DNA from: Candidatus Daviesbacteria bacterium
GTDB lineage: Bacteria > Patescibacteriota > Microgenomatia > Daviesbacterales > UBA10151
Length of the DNA stretch: 64,000 nucleotides
Direction of reading: 5' to 3'
Assembly: GCA_028687915.1 (NCBI GenBank)
Contig: JAQTZF010000001.1
Coordinates: 418,634-482,633, forward strand
The translations under genes were made by a program, and so were the position numbers. This document shows positions 1 to 10,029 of the stretch, one piece after another (within the stretch, counting starts at the first letter, position 1; every line of letters starts with the position of its first letter). The notes under the pieces are model-generated. The model saw only the letters and a program-made list of their open reading frames with translations. It was not told the origin of the DNA and made no database searches.

Positions 1-452
1 TATACAGAGTACATCAATTTACTAAAGCAGAAATGTTTATTTATTGTACACCAGAAACTTCAGTTAAAATGCATGAATACTTACTATCTTTAGAAGAAAA
101 AATTTATCAGGAATTAGGAATTCCTTATCAAGTTTTGGAGATGTGTACAGGAGATTTGGGAGCAATGGCAGCCAGTAAATTTGATATAGAAGCCTGGATG
201 CCAGGAAGACAAGAATATGGAGAAGTAACATCTACCTCGAATTGTACAGATTACCAGGCAAGAAATTTAAATATTAAATTTAAACATGAAGGAAAAACTG
301 AGTTTGTACATATGATTAATGGGACTGCTATAGCAACCTCCAGATGTATTATTGCTATCCTAGAAAATTTTCAACAAGAAGATGGTTCGGTTCTTATTCC
401 TGAAGTTTTGCAAAAATATACTGGCTTCGACAGAATAATCCCTAAAAAATAA
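1..452 (+). CDS. serS: Seryl-tRNA synthetase, C-terminal part (5' end lies outside the window)
   Basis: The frame is open from nt 3 ([12 protein letters not shown]...), which matches the class II aaRS motif 2 region RxHQF.K.E.F of SerRS. Downstream [20 protein letters not shown]...[17 protein letters not shown] matches the conserved SerRS C-terminus. Stop TAA is at 450-452. Confidence 0.85.
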   Translation, partial: YRVHQFTKAEMFIYCTPETSVKMHEYLLSLEEKIYQELGIPYQVLEMCTGDLGAMAASKFDIEAWMPGRQEYGEVTSTSNCTDYQARNLNIKFKHEGKTEFVHMINGTAIATSRCIIAILENFQQEDGSVLIPEVLQKYTGFDRIIPKK

Positions 453-469
453 ATTTATTATAAAAAAAT

Positions 470-499
470 ACACCCTTTTAAGGGGGTGTATTTTTATTC
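470..499. terminator. Rho-independent terminator, likely bidirectional, between serS (+) and a small minus-strand gene
   Basis: ACACCCTTTTAAGGGGGTGT is a near-perfect inverted repeat (~8-10 bp stem) followed by ATTTTTATT on the + strand. An A-run precedes it, so it is T-rich on the - strand as well. It sits between convergent genes. Confidence 0.55.
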
Positions 500-542
500 T
501 CTACTTACTAGAAATAGAGAAGAAGTTTCCTATCAACCTTGT

Positions 543-770
543 TTATGCAACTGGTTGAGTTGGATCTGCGCTTTCTGCAGCTGGTGCGTCTGAAACTGGA
601 GCTTCAGGAGCAACAGGTGCTTCATCTCCTCCCATTACAGGTTCAGGTGTTTGGACTGGCTCTGTTACAGGAGCGTCTGAAGCTGGTGCATCTCCCATAG
701 GAGGCACTGCTGCTGTTTGATCATCTCCTACTACAGGAGTTACTGCTGTTGGATCATCTTGTGGATTCAT
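543..770 (-). CDS. Small Pro/Ala/Asp-rich low-complexity protein (75 aa), hypothetical
   Basis: A 75-codon ORF with ATG at 770-768 is preceded by a perfect Shine-Dalgarno AAGGAGGTGA (rc of 775-784) 4 nt upstream. The PxAP/APxS low-complexity composition has locally elevated GC. Confidence 0.5.
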   Translation of the reverse strand: MNPQDDPTAVTPVVGDDQTAAVPPMGDAPASDAPVTEPVQTPEPVMGGDEAPVAPEAPVSDAPAAESADPTQPVA

Positions 771-774
771 ATTC

Positions 775-784
775 TCACCTCCTT
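775..784 (-). promoter_or_regulatory. Shine-Dalgarno site (AAGGAGGTGA) for the 543..770 ORF
   Basis: The + strand tcacctcctt at 775-784 is the reverse complement of AAGGAGGTGA, 4 nt before the ATG at 770. Confidence 0.5.
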
Positions 785-834
785 TTCTATGTGTCTATTG
801 TCTCTGAGATCAGAAATTAAATCAATAGCTTTGT

Positions 835-2124
835 TTAAGCTCTTCCAATACTGTGATAAATAAAACCTAACTTCCTAACTTCTTGTGGATCATAAATATT
901 TCTTCCATCAAAAATAATTGGCTTTTTCATAAGCCTTTTTATTTCCTCTAAATCCAGTTCTTTAAACTCGTTCCATTCTGTGATTAATAAAGCAGCTGAA
1001 GCATCTGTAACTGCTAAGTAGGGAGTTTCTTCGTATTGGATTTTATCTCCAAAAAGTTTTTTTACATTTTCCATTGCTTCTGGATCATAAACTTTAATTT
1101 TTGCTCCTTTATTAAGTAACATTTCTATAATCTTTATAGAAGGAGCCTCTCTAATATCATCTGTATTAGGTTTAAATGCCAGCCCTAAAATAGCTACTGT
1201 TTCATTTTTAATATTGCCAAGTTCTCTTATTACTTTATCAAAAAGTTTTTTAGGCTGATTATTATTAATTTCTTCAACAGCTTTTAATAACTTAAAATCT
1301 ATTTTTTCTTTTTCTGCAATTTTTATGAAAGCTGAAATATCTTTTGGAAAACAAGAACCACCATAACCTACTCCTGGATATAAAAATGCTCTACCCAGTC
1401 TTTTATCAAGACCTACACCTTTTAATACTGATTCCACATCAGCACCAGTACTCTCACATAAATTGGCAATTGCATTAGCAAAGGATATTTTTGTTGCAAG
1501 TAAACTATTAGCTGCGTATTTTGTCATTTGAGCAGATGTTAAATCACAAATAATTCTTTGTCCGTTAAAATGTTCATAAAGTTTTAATAATATATCAGCT
1601 GCCTTTTTACTATTAGTACCAATTATCACCCGGTCTGGTGTTTTGGTGTCTTCAACGGCTGAACCTTCTCTTAAGAATTCTGGACAGGAAGCAAACTCAA
1701 ATTCAGCGTCACTATTTTTTTTGATTACAGATTCAAGTTCTTTTTCAACTCCGATTGGGACAGTACTTTTAATAGCTATTAGAGTATAGTCTTTTAAATA
1801 TTTAGCTGTGCTTTCTGTTGCCTGGTACAAATACTCAAGGTTTGGTTCACCATTATTTTTTGGTGGAGTTCCAACACAAATAAAGACAACTTGTGAATTA
1901 GGAACTGATTGTTCATAAGAAGTTGTAAAAATTAACCTGCCTTTATTTAAATTCTTTTTTACTAATTCTTGTAAACCTGGTTCAAAAAAAGGAATTTCTC
2001 CCTGAATTAATTTTTCAATTTTTGATTCATCCACATCAACACAACATACTTTGTGTCCGAGGTCTGCAAAGACTGCCCCTGTTACTAGACCAACATAACC
2101 TGTTCCTATAACTGAAATATTCAT
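835..2124 (-). CDS. ugd: UDP-glucose 6-dehydrogenase (TuaD/Ugd family)
   Basis: 429 aa. The N-terminal Rossmann motif VIGTGYVGLVTGAVFADLGH, the catalytic Cys region GGSCFPKD, and LAFKPNTDDIREAP..IDGRN are all collinear with B. subtilis TuaD-type UDP-glucose dehydrogenases. Confidence 0.88.
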   Translation of the reverse strand: MNISVIGTGYVGLVTGAVFADLGHKVCCVDVDESKIEKLIQGEIPFFEPGLQELVKKNLNKGRLIFTTSYEQSVPNSQVVFICVGTPPKNNGEPNLEYLYQATESTAKYLKDYTLIAIKSTVPIGVEKELESVIKKNSDAEFEFASCPEFLREGSAVEDTKTPDRVIIGTNSKKAADILLKLYEHFNGQRIICDLTSAQMTKYAANSLLATKISFANAIANLCESTGADVESVLKGVGLDKRLGRAFLYPGVGYGGSCFPKDISAFIKIAEKEKIDFKLLKAVEEINNNQPKKLFDKVIRELGNIKNETVAILGLAFKPNTDDIREAPSIKIIEMLLNKGAKIKVYDPEAMENVKKLFGDKIQYEETPYLAVTDASAALLITEWNEFKELDLEEIKRLMKKPIIFDGRNIYDPQEVRKLGFIYHSIGRA

Positions 2125-2157
2125 AATCTAATGAATCATATTGTAATAATTGAGGTC

Positions 2158-2186
2158 TTGTCAACCTTAGTTCCAGTGTCTATCAT
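2158..2186 (+). promoter_or_regulatory. Candidate sigma70-type promoter for galE (TTGTCA-17 nt-TATCAT) in the divergent ugd/galE intergenic region
   Basis: TTGTCA at 2158-2163, a 17-nt spacer, then TATCAT at 2181-2186. The first in-frame ATG of galE at 2196 is only ~9 nt downstream, so this would be a leaderless-type arrangement. Confidence 0.25.
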
Positions 2187-2195
2187 AATGTGTAC

Positions 2196-3218
2196 ATGAT
2201 GACTAAAAAGATTTTAGTAACAGGAGCCGGGGGTTATATTGGATCCATCACCACAGATTTATTGTTACAAAGAGGATTTAACGTTGTTGCAGTTGATAAT
2301 TTTTCCAAAGGGTATAAATCTCCTTTAGTTTATCTTCAAAATAAATATGGTAAAAATAAGCTAATTTGGTATCAAAAAGATTTAATTAAAGATAATTTAG
2401 AAGATATTTTTAAGAAAGAGAAAATAGAGTTAATAATTCATTTTGCAGCTTTGTGTAATGTGGGAGAGTCTTGGGATAATCCAGAATTATATTTTGGTAA
2501 TAATGTTGTGGGATTACAAAAATTAGCAGAAGCTGCAATTAAGGCTAAAGTGGATAAAATAATTTTTTCCTCAACTTGTGCAGTTTATGGAGATGCCAAG
2601 TACTTACCAATAGATGAAGATCACCCTTTAGCTAACCCCTCCAGCCCATATGGAGCAACCAAAAAGATGTGTGAGGAAATACTTAATTGGTACTCTAAAA
2701 CCGGAGCAATGAAGTATGTATTTTTAAGATACTTTAATGTAACAGGAGCTACTGCTGATGGTTCTTTGGGTGACTCCAAGAATCCATCTTTTCATCTAAT
2801 ACAGAATGCTGTCAGAGGGGCTTTAGGATTAGCTCCTTTTGAATTAAACTATGCTTCAGTTAACACTCCTGATGGTTCACCTATTCGTGATTATGTTAAT
2901 GTGGTTGACTTAGCAGAAGCACATATTAAAGCTGCAGATTATTTATTAAAAGATGATAGTGAAAGTAATATATTTAATTTGGGAACAGGGGCTGGTAATT
3001 CAGTATTAGAAATTGTTAGTCTTGTTAAAGAAAAAACAGGTGTGGATTTTGAAGTTAATCCTGCCAAAGACAGAAGAAAAGGGGAGGCAGATAAAATGAT
3101 AGCAGACATTACAAAAATTGGAAAAGTTTTAGACTGGAAGCCAACACATACTTTAGAGCAAAGCATTGAGTCATTGATTAAGTGGTATAAAAAATATCCC
3201 AAGGGTTGGAATAATTAA
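2196..3218 (+). CDS. galE: UDP-glucose 4-epimerase (GalE-like NAD-dependent epimerase)
   Basis: VTGAGGYIGS Rossmann motif, the YxxxK catalytic motif (SPYGATKKM), and LRYFNVTGA and NLGTGAGNSVLE collinear with E. coli GalE. The ORF opens at GTG 2190. Start is uncertain; I chose the first ATG at 2196 but ATG 2199 is also possible. Confidence 0.82.
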   Translation: MMTKKILVTGAGGYIGSITTDLLLQRGFNVVAVDNFSKGYKSPLVYLQNKYGKNKLIWYQKDLIKDNLEDIFKKEKIELIIHFAALCNVGESWDNPELYFGNNVVGLQKLAEAAIKAKVDKIIFSSTCAVYGDAKYLPIDEDHPLANPSSPYGATKKMCEEILNWYSKTGAMKYVFLRYFNVTGATADGSLGDSKNPSFHLIQNAVRGALGLAPFELNYASVNTPDGSPIRDYVNVVDLAEAHIKAADYLLKDDSESNIFNLGTGAGNSVLEIVSLVKEKTGVDFEVNPAKDRRKGEADKMIADITKIGKVLDWKPTHTLEQSIESLIKWYKKYPKGWNN

Positions 3219-4717
3219 TTAGTAAAACCCCACAGTGGTAGTAGCTGCCTATCTTTATCAGTACAAATATTTTTATTAGAAATATTATTATGAGGTAAAA
3301 TAACCCCAAACATTCCAAATTTTACTGATACTTCTTTTTCTGAAATAGTCCAAGGGGTAACAATATCATATACAGGGACATCTCCTCCCGGAGTAACAAG
3401 GTTTAAACCATTATGCCAAAAAAGATATCTAAAACCATTCGGAAAGCCCTTATTTCCTTCAATATAATTAATGCCAATACAAGGATAATTATTTAATAAG
3501 GCATCATTTCTTATATATTCAATAGTTAATCTTTTTTGTAGATATCCACCTGGGTCATCTGGTCTATTAATAAGCCATGAAGTTACGATCAATAGATATA
3601 TACCACAAATGACTAAAGCAAGTGGAAGCTTTTTAAAGATACTGTTAATTTTGAATAGGAAAATAGATAAAACTAAAATGAAAATGATAAATAAATTATT
3701 TAAATAATATTCAGAGATAGACCGTTTAGAAAGAAATTGGCTTAGTAATGTAATACCCATCCAGGAAATTAAAATGATTGTTTGATTGCGAGTAAGCACC
3801 TTAATATAACCTGAGTATAAAATATAAATTAGTAAAATAATTGGCAAAAGAACAGTAACATTAAGAGAAAGATTTAAGGCGTTATTGTTTAAAACAAACA
3901 TACCGGATAAAGATTTCCCTGTAGCATCAAATGTTTTAATTAATCGTTCAAATCCTTTTACGTCTCCCCTATCTTCTTGAGTTGCATTAAGTAAGCCTTT
4001 AACTTGTTGAAAATTATGTCTTACTTCAAAAGTGACTAATGGTAAAAGTAAAGAAAATAGAATAAGGCCAGAAATAATTATGTCTTTTAAACTTACTTTA
4101 ATTTCTCTATTTTCTTTAGGGGAAAGCAAAAAACTTAGTGGTAAAAGTGCTAAGAGAGGTATAAAAGCAATGTGTACATGCCAAATAAGACCCAACAATA
4201 TTGAAAGTGGAATTAATGTTTTAATCTTTCCTTTTAATAGGGAAAATAATATATAAAGATACCAGGTAGTCCATAAAATTGTGGGTTGAGTAGGAACAAC
4301 CCAACGGTCTAAGAAAACAATTCCAGGTGAGACTGCATAAATAAATGCTCCAACTAAACCAATTGTTTTATTAAAGAATTTAGAAAAAACAAAATATATA
4401 CTAAAAATTGTTAACAGACTAAAAATTGTGGTAGGTATATTTGCACTCATAGGATCCATGTTAAATAGTGCAAAACAGATTGCTATTAGATAATAAAAAA
4501 TAGGGCCTATAAAGACACCGTTAACACTAGTTTCCTGGCCAATTAATCTGAAGTGGTGATCTGCAACAATATCTTTTGCAACCCAGGCAAAAAGGTCTTG
4601 GTCGTGACCAAATGGATAAAAAATCTCTAGTTTATAAATTCTAAAAAATAACCCCAATAAAAGAATGAATATAAGTAATGCTGTGGAGAGAGAGAAATGG
4701 TCTTTTAATATCTTCAT
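3215..4717 (-). CDS. Polytopic membrane protein, GT-C-like (ArnT/PMT-superfamily-like) glycosyltransferase, paralog family A
   Basis: 500 aa with ~12 predicted TM helices. The first loop has GHDQDLFAW...HHF.LIG....G.F.GP.FYY, which is shared with the ORFs at 4730, 24880, 26390 and 46554 (D-[EQ]-x-R-D-A type motif). Confidence 0.6.
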   Translation of the reverse strand: MKILKDHFSLSTALLIFILLLGLFFRIYKLEIFYPFGHDQDLFAWVAKDIVADHHFRLIGQETSVNGVFIGPIFYYLIAICFALFNMDPMSANIPTTIFSLLTIFSIYFVFSKFFNKTIGLVGAFIYAVSPGIVFLDRWVVPTQPTILWTTWYLYILFSLLKGKIKTLIPLSILLGLIWHVHIAFIPLLALLPLSFLLSPKENREIKVSLKDIIISGLILFSLLLPLVTFEVRHNFQQVKGLLNATQEDRGDVKGFERLIKTFDATGKSLSGMFVLNNNALNLSLNVTVLLPIILLIYILYSGYIKVLTRNQTIILISWMGITLLSQFLSKRSISEYYLNNLFIIFILVLSIFLFKINSIFKKLPLALVICGIYLLIVTSWLINRPDDPGGYLQKRLTIEYIRNDALLNNYPCIGINYIEGNKGFPNGFRYLFWHNGLNLVTPGGDVPVYDIVTPWTISEKEVSVKFGMFGVILPHNNISNKNICTDKDRQLLPLWGFTN

Positions 4718-4729
4718 TTACATATAATT

Positions 4730-6265
4730 CTATCTGAAAGTTAAAGGATCTAAAAGGTCTGGATTAGTAGGTACCTTTATTTCTTCTGTATTTAAATAAT
4801 ATTTTTCAACCTGAATAAAATCCCAACGGAATGTTTGATTCGGGTTACGGTCAATTTTAATATCACTAATCCTCCATGCAAAACTATTAAGTTCTGGCCT
4901 GTCTTTAGCCGGAGCTACTTCAATTAGATAAGTAAGAGACTTTTTGGTAGAGGGAAAAGAATGTATTTGTGGATAAAGTTTTTGAGCATAAATCATAGCA
5001 TATCTTTGTTGATAGCCTAATCGATCAGGGGAATAATTGTAAAATCCAAAATCCTGGGAAGCATCCTGATAAATATTTTTAGCAACTTCTAAGTTGAAAG
5101 CCCAGCTATGAGGTCCTCTTTTATTTATGTTTAAGTCAAATGAACGAATAGCCGCTATTCCTGTATAAAAATTAATTATGTAAAGAACTAAAAATCCGGT
5201 AAAAAATATCTTTTTATTCATGTACTTAGAAAATGAACAAAATATAATGATGGTTAGCGGGATAAAGGGCCAAAAGTAGTTACCAATTTCACCGCTATAC
5301 CCTAAAGATATAATCCAAAAACTACTTAAAAGATAAAAAAATATTTGATATACTCCCCTTTCAAATGCTTGGCTTTTTCTAAAAGAGATAATCGAACCAA
5401 CTATAAATAAAATTGTAAATATTCCTGTAAAAATATTTTTACCTGGGGATAACATATCAAAGAAATTAAAAACAAATGCATTTAGACGGCTTAAAAGTAG
5501 GTCAATAATATTTAGCTTGTCTTGGTGAACAGTAATATATTGTATAACTGCATTAAGTTGTAACCAGTTATGTTTTAAATCAAAAAGTATAAAAGTAGAA
5601 AGAGGAATTATTAAAATTAAATAAGAAACAAAATGCCAAATCTTTTTTCTAATAAATAAGTAATACATTAAATAAAAAGTAGTACTTAAAAGAATTGGAA
5701 TTCCAAAAGCCATTTGGAATTGTATTATTAGACCTAAAGTAAATAAGGATAATAATAAATATTTTATTTTTAGATTTCTTATATAACTAATAAACCAAAA
5801 GAAAAAGAGGGGAGTTAAAAAAACTGCTCCATAGGGATTATAGAAATTTTTTAAACCATATGTAGGGTTCATAATTGAATTTACAGATAAAAGTAATATG
5901 GATAGTAGTGCTACTTTTGTATTGAATATCTTTTTAGAAACCCAAAAAACTAAGATAGTAAAAATAATGGATAATAAAAACCAAAACCAACCAACTGCTA
6001 CGGGGTTACCATTGCTAATAAAAAAGATTGGTGCGTTTATATAAAACCACAAAGGTCCATGAAAAACTCCTTGTATAGCACCAGAACGAGGACCGAGCAG
6101 TGTAAAATGATGGTTCTGAACAATGTCATTAATTACTAAAAAATCACGGGAGACATCCACATCATAATGAATATCTCCATTAATTAACCAATAGCTACTC
6201 AGTAAAATATTGATAGCAATTAATAGAAAGGCTAATTTTGTAAAATTTAGAGGAAATTTTTTCAC
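4730..6265 (-). CDS. Polytopic membrane protein, GT-C-like glycosyltransferase, paralog family A
   Basis: 511 aa, multi-TM. DVDVSRDFLVINDIVQNHHFTLLGPRSG..GVFHGPLWFY is paralogous to the 3215..4717 product. Confidence 0.6.
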   Translation of the reverse strand: MKKFPLNFTKLAFLLIAINILLSSYWLINGDIHYDVDVSRDFLVINDIVQNHHFTLLGPRSGAIQGVFHGPLWFYINAPIFFISNGNPVAVGWFWFLLSIIFTILVFWVSKKIFNTKVALLSILLLSVNSIMNPTYGLKNFYNPYGAVFLTPLFFFWFISYIRNLKIKYLLLSLFTLGLIIQFQMAFGIPILLSTTFYLMYYLFIRKKIWHFVSYLILIIPLSTFILFDLKHNWLQLNAVIQYITVHQDKLNIIDLLLSRLNAFVFNFFDMLSPGKNIFTGIFTILFIVGSIISFRKSQAFERGVYQIFFYLLSSFWIISLGYSGEIGNYFWPFIPLTIIIFCSFSKYMNKKIFFTGFLVLYIINFYTGIAAIRSFDLNINKRGPHSWAFNLEVAKNIYQDASQDFGFYNYSPDRLGYQQRYAMIYAQKLYPQIHSFPSTKKSLTYLIEVAPAKDRPELNSFAWRISDIKIDRNPNQTFRWDFIQVEKYYLNTEEIKVPTNPDLLDPLTFR

Positions 6266-6311
6266 TTATTTATATTAGTATAAATAAGTAGTCTTATAAA
6301 TACTCTATACT

Positions 6312-9041
6312 TTAGTTTGGATAATGACATTTCTTATATTTCTTACCACTTCCACACCAACATGGATCATTTCTGCCTACTTTGTGATGAGAAACTTGTT
6401 GACCATCATCACCTAAAGTTTGTTCAGATACAACCTGGCCACCGCGTTCTATGGTAACTTTTGTTTCTGAGCCTTCTGATTCTAAAACTCTTGATAATGG
6501 TTTTCCTTCTGATTTTTCTTTTTCTTCTTCTACTTCTGTTTGAATTCCTATTTCTATTTCAGGGTGTCTTTCTGTAACTTGAATTTGTGAAGGTGGCTCT
6601 TGTCCCTGAACAGAGATTTTATAGATTCTATGAACTATTTCATAATCAATGTTTTTCATCATTTTTTCAAACAAATCAAAACCTTCTTTTTTATATTCAA
6701 TTAAAGGATCTCTTTGGGCATAACCACGTAGTCCTATACCAGCTCTTAGGTCATCCATGGTATCAAGATGTTCTACCCAAAGAGTATCAATGGTATTAAG
6801 GTAAACAAAAGTTTCCATTTGTCTGGCTACTTCTGCTCCTGTTTGTTTTTCTTTTTCCTCATATAAGTCATGAGCTAATTTTGTTAAAAATTTAGTAATA
6901 TCTTCTGCAGAATTTAGAGAAGAAACCTGAGTTTCTAGGGCTTGTTGTGAATTAGAATCAAAATTTATAATTGTGGAGAATTCTTCTACAATCTTGTTAG
7001 TATTCAATCCTTCTTGGGTATAGATAGTTACAATATCTAAAATTGCTTGGTCTATTTTTTGAAGTAAGTCTGTTTTTAATTGGTTACCAGCTTCTCCTTT
7101 TAAATTAGCTGATGCTTCAAGTACTGTTTTTCTGACACCATAAATAATTTGACGTTGTTGATTCATAACATCATCATATTCAACAGTTGTTTTTCTGATA
7201 TCAAAGTTGTGTCCTTCAACTTTTTTCTGGGCTGATTCAATGGCTTTGGAAACCATGGAATTTTCAATTGGCATATCTTCTGCCATTTTTAGAAAATCCA
7301 TTACTTTAGAAACTTGTTCTCCTCCAAAAATTCTCATTAAATCATCTTCAAGTGACACATAAAAACGGGATGATCCAGGATCACCCTGGCGTCCTGATCT
7401 TCCTCGAAGTTGGTTATCAATTCTTCTTGATTCATGTCTTTCTGTACCAATTACCATAAGACCACCTAGTTCTTTTACATTTTCATCAAGCTGAATATCA
7501 ACACCTCTACCTGCCATGTTAGTAGCAACAGTAACAGCTCCTTTTTGACCAGCTTTAGCAATGATTTCAGCTTCTTTTTCATGGTTTTTTGCATTTAATA
7601 AAGCATGAGAGATACCTTTACGTTTTAGAAGCTCTGATAAAAGTTCATTTTTATCAATTGAAGTAGTACCAATCAAAACTGGCTGGCCGGTTTTATGAAC
7701 TTCTTCTATTTGAGCGGCAACAGCACTGTATTTTGCATTAACTGTTTTGTAAATAAAATCAGGTTCGTCATTTCTAACAAGGGGATTGTTGGTGGGTATT
7801 ACAACCACATCTAACTTATAAATTTTATGAAATTCTTCAGCTTCTGTTTCAGCAGTTCCTGTCATACCAGCTAATTTTTCATACATTCTGAAATAATTTT
7901 GGAAAGAAATTGTAGCCATAGTTTGTGATTCTTGTTGAATTACTACATTCTCTTTAGCTTCAATTGCCTGGTGTAATCCTTCGGAATACCTCCTGCCTGG
8001 CATTAAACGTCCAGTAAATTCATCAACGATTATAACTTCACCATCTTTGACTACATAATCACGGTCTTGTTGAAATAAAGCTCTGGCTTTTAGGGCTTCT
8101 TCAACATGATGTAAAGTAGAGAAGTCTTTTTCATAGAGATTTTCTACACCAAGCATCTTCTCAATTTTTATAACCCCATGATCTGTTAAGTTTGCGGTTC
8201 TTTGTTTTTCATCAATAATATAATCTGTTTCAGATGATAACTTATCAATCATTTTGGCAAATTCGTAATATTTTTTGGTAGGTTCAGCCGCAGGTCTTGA
8301 AATAATAAGCGGGGTTCTGGCTTCATCAATTAAGATGGAATCAACTTCATCCACTACAGCAAAATAATTTCCTCTTTGGACCTGGTCATTTAATGAAAAA
8401 ACCATATTGTCACGAAGATAATCAAATCCAAATTCATTATTTGTGCCATATGTTATATCTGCACCGTAGGCTTCTTTTCGGGGAATTACTTTAAGGTGTT
8501 TTAATCTGGGGTCTGTATGTTCTTTATTAATATACTTAGCATCAAATATAAAAGCTTGCTCATGAATAATAACGGCACAACTGGCTCCAAGGGTTGAGAA
8601 TATTGGTCCCATCCATCCACAATCTCTTTGGGAGAGGTAATCATTTACTGTAACCAAATGTACGCCTTTTCCGGTTATGGAATTTAAGAATAAAGCTGGT
8701 ACAGCTGAGAGAGTTTTACCTTCTCCTGTTTTTTGTTCAGCAATTTTTCCTTCATGTAAAGCAATGGCAGCAATCAGTTGAACATCAAACAGTCTCATTC
8801 CTAAAGATCTTGATCCTGCTTCCCGGACTGCAGCATAAACTTCTGGCAGCATTTCATTTAATCCTTCTGGTGTTGGATTCTTTTGATAAAGTTTTTTGAA
8901 CTGTTGTGATTTTTCAGTTAATTGCTTGTCGGTTAACTTTTTGTATTTACTTTCAAGTTGGTTAATAGAATCAACTATCTTTGTTAATCGAGAGACTTCT
9001 TGTTTATTAGAATCTAAAAACTTTCCTAGAAAATTTAGCAT
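6312..9041 (-). CDS. secA: Preprotein translocase ATPase SecA
   Basis: 909 aa. The DEAD-like motor motifs are present (GEGKTL Walker A, VDEVDSILIDEARTPLIIS, TNMAGRGVDI). The C-terminal zinc-binding tail CWCGSGKKYKKCH is typical of SecA. Confidence 0.95.
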   Translation of the reverse strand: MLNFLGKFLDSNKQEVSRLTKIVDSINQLESKYKKLTDKQLTEKSQQFKKLYQKNPTPEGLNEMLPEVYAAVREAGSRSLGMRLFDVQLIAAIALHEGKIAEQKTGEGKTLSAVPALFLNSITGKGVHLVTVNDYLSQRDCGWMGPIFSTLGASCAVIIHEQAFIFDAKYINKEHTDPRLKHLKVIPRKEAYGADITYGTNNEFGFDYLRDNMVFSLNDQVQRGNYFAVVDEVDSILIDEARTPLIISRPAAEPTKKYYEFAKMIDKLSSETDYIIDEKQRTANLTDHGVIKIEKMLGVENLYEKDFSTLHHVEEALKARALFQQDRDYVVKDGEVIIVDEFTGRLMPGRRYSEGLHQAIEAKENVVIQQESQTMATISFQNYFRMYEKLAGMTGTAETEAEEFHKIYKLDVVVIPTNNPLVRNDEPDFIYKTVNAKYSAVAAQIEEVHKTGQPVLIGTTSIDKNELLSELLKRKGISHALLNAKNHEKEAEIIAKAGQKGAVTVATNMAGRGVDIQLDENVKELGGLMVIGTERHESRRIDNQLRGRSGRQGDPGSSRFYVSLEDDLMRIFGGEQVSKVMDFLKMAEDMPIENSMVSKAIESAQKKVEGHNFDIRKTTVEYDDVMNQQRQIIYGVRKTVLEASANLKGEAGNQLKTDLLQKIDQAILDIVTIYTQEGLNTNKIVEEFSTIINFDSNSQQALETQVSSLNSAEDITKFLTKLAHDLYEEKEKQTGAEVARQMETFVYLNTIDTLWVEHLDTMDDLRAGIGLRGYAQRDPLIEYKKEGFDLFEKMMKNIDYEIVHRIYKISVQGQEPPSQIQVTERHPEIEIGIQTEVEEEKEKSEGKPLSRVLESEGSETKVTIERGGQVVSEQTLGDDGQQVSHHKVGRNDPCWCGSGKKYKKCHYPN

Positions 9042-9118
9042 AGGTTATATTAACTTGGTTATTATATAGGAAAAAGCAATCTTTGTATATTCAAAATAAG
9101 TCATCTTCTTTTCTAGTA

Positions 9119-9147
9119 TTGACTTTGAACTTTGGTTTTTCTACACT
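9119..9147 (+). promoter_or_regulatory. Candidate promoter (TTGACT-17 nt-TACACT) for the 9169 ORF in the secA-divergent intergenic region
   Basis: TTGACT at 9119-9124, a 17-nt spacer, then TACACT at 9142-9147, about 21 nt upstream of ATG 9169. Confidence 0.2.
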
Positions 9148-9168
9148 TAGATAAGTTAAAAACTGCCA

Positions 9169-10029
9169 ATGGACCAAGGAACTACTGACCCAAATAATCC
9201 AAACCCAACTACCCCAGGTCAACCTGTTGTGGCTGGTGCTGCACCTGTTGCTCCTGCTGATAGTCCAACACCTCCTGTTGATCAATTTTTTGCCAATCCT
9301 GCAAATGCAGCTGCTCCAGCTGCTGATCCTTCAAGTGCTCCTGGTAGTGCAGGATCTGCCTGGGCAAACCCATCTACTGAAACTCCTGCTCCGGCTGCAC
9401 CAGTTCAGACACCTGAACCTTCACCAAATGCTTTTGGTTCTGCTCCTGTCGCTCCAGCATCTCCTGCACCTGATGCAGCAGCTGCTCCAACTGCTTTTAA
9501 TCCATTTGCATCACCAACACCAGAACCTGCTGCCCCTTCAGTTACGGGATCTGAAGGTGCTCCAACAGATTTAACCAGTTTAGCTGGTAATTCAATGGAA
9601 GCTACTAACTATGTACCTACACCAACTGCACCAACTGCTGTTCCGGCAGGTGCCCCTGAATCATTAGTGGTTACACCTTCTGCTCCAACAGAAGCAGCAC
9701 AAGCTGTTACAGCCACAGGAGGTGGTGGGGGAATTCCTAAAATTATTTTCATTGTTGGTGGTATTGTTTTATTAATTGTAGTAGGGGCCTCTGCATTCTT
9801 TATTCTTGGAGTGGGTAAGCCTGCTGAGCCTCCTGCAGCTACTTCTGTTCCTGCCACACAACAAGCACCTATAGCTCCTGCTCCACTAATTCCTGCTTCA
9901 ACATCTTCAGCAAGTTTTTCAAATATTCCCGGGTCTACCACATCAGCTAGTCCAACAGCTCCTGCTGGTGGATCTGCTTATGATTTATTAAAGCAAAGAC
10001 AAAATTCTTCAGGATCAGCTAATCGGTAA
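9169..10029 (+). CDS. Pro/Ala/Thr/Ser-rich low-complexity single-pass membrane protein, hypothetical
   Basis: 286 aa. Both flanks are intrinsically disordered and PA/T/S-rich, with one central hydrophobic helix IPKIIFIVGGIVLLIVVGASAFFILGV preceded by GGGGG. The low-complexity sequence explains the overlapping alternate-frame ORFs at 9227-9574 and 9609-9941. Confidence 0.5.
   Translation: MDQGTTDPNNPNPTTPGQPVVAGAAPVAPADSPTPPVDQFFANPANAAAPAADPSSAPGSAGSAWANPSTETPAPAAPVQTPEPSPNAFGSAPVAPASPAPDAAAAPTAFNPFASPTPEPAAPSVTGSEGAPTDLTSLAGNSMEATNYVPTPTAPTAVPAGAPESLVVTPSAPTEAAQAVTATGGGGGIPKIIFIVGGIVLLIVVGASAFFILGVGKPAEPPAATSVPATQQAPIAPAPLIPASTSSASFSNIPGSTTSASPTAPAGGSAYDLLKQRQNSSGSANR

Noticed and set aside
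2939-3202. 87-aa minus-strand ORF inside galE
   Set aside because: It is antisense to the well-supported galE and has no independent support.
6587-6799. 70-aa + strand ORF inside secA, antisense
   Set aside because: It lies entirely within the strongly supported secA CDS on the opposite strand. It has no RBS or promoter context and is a typical antisense chance ORF.
9227-9941. Alternate-frame ORFs (9227-9574 +, 9609-9941 -) of Leu/Gln-rich or Gly/Ala-rich composition
   Set aside because: They are by-products of the low-complexity Pro/Ala codon repeats of the 9169-10029 gene. They have the same periodicity and no start context.
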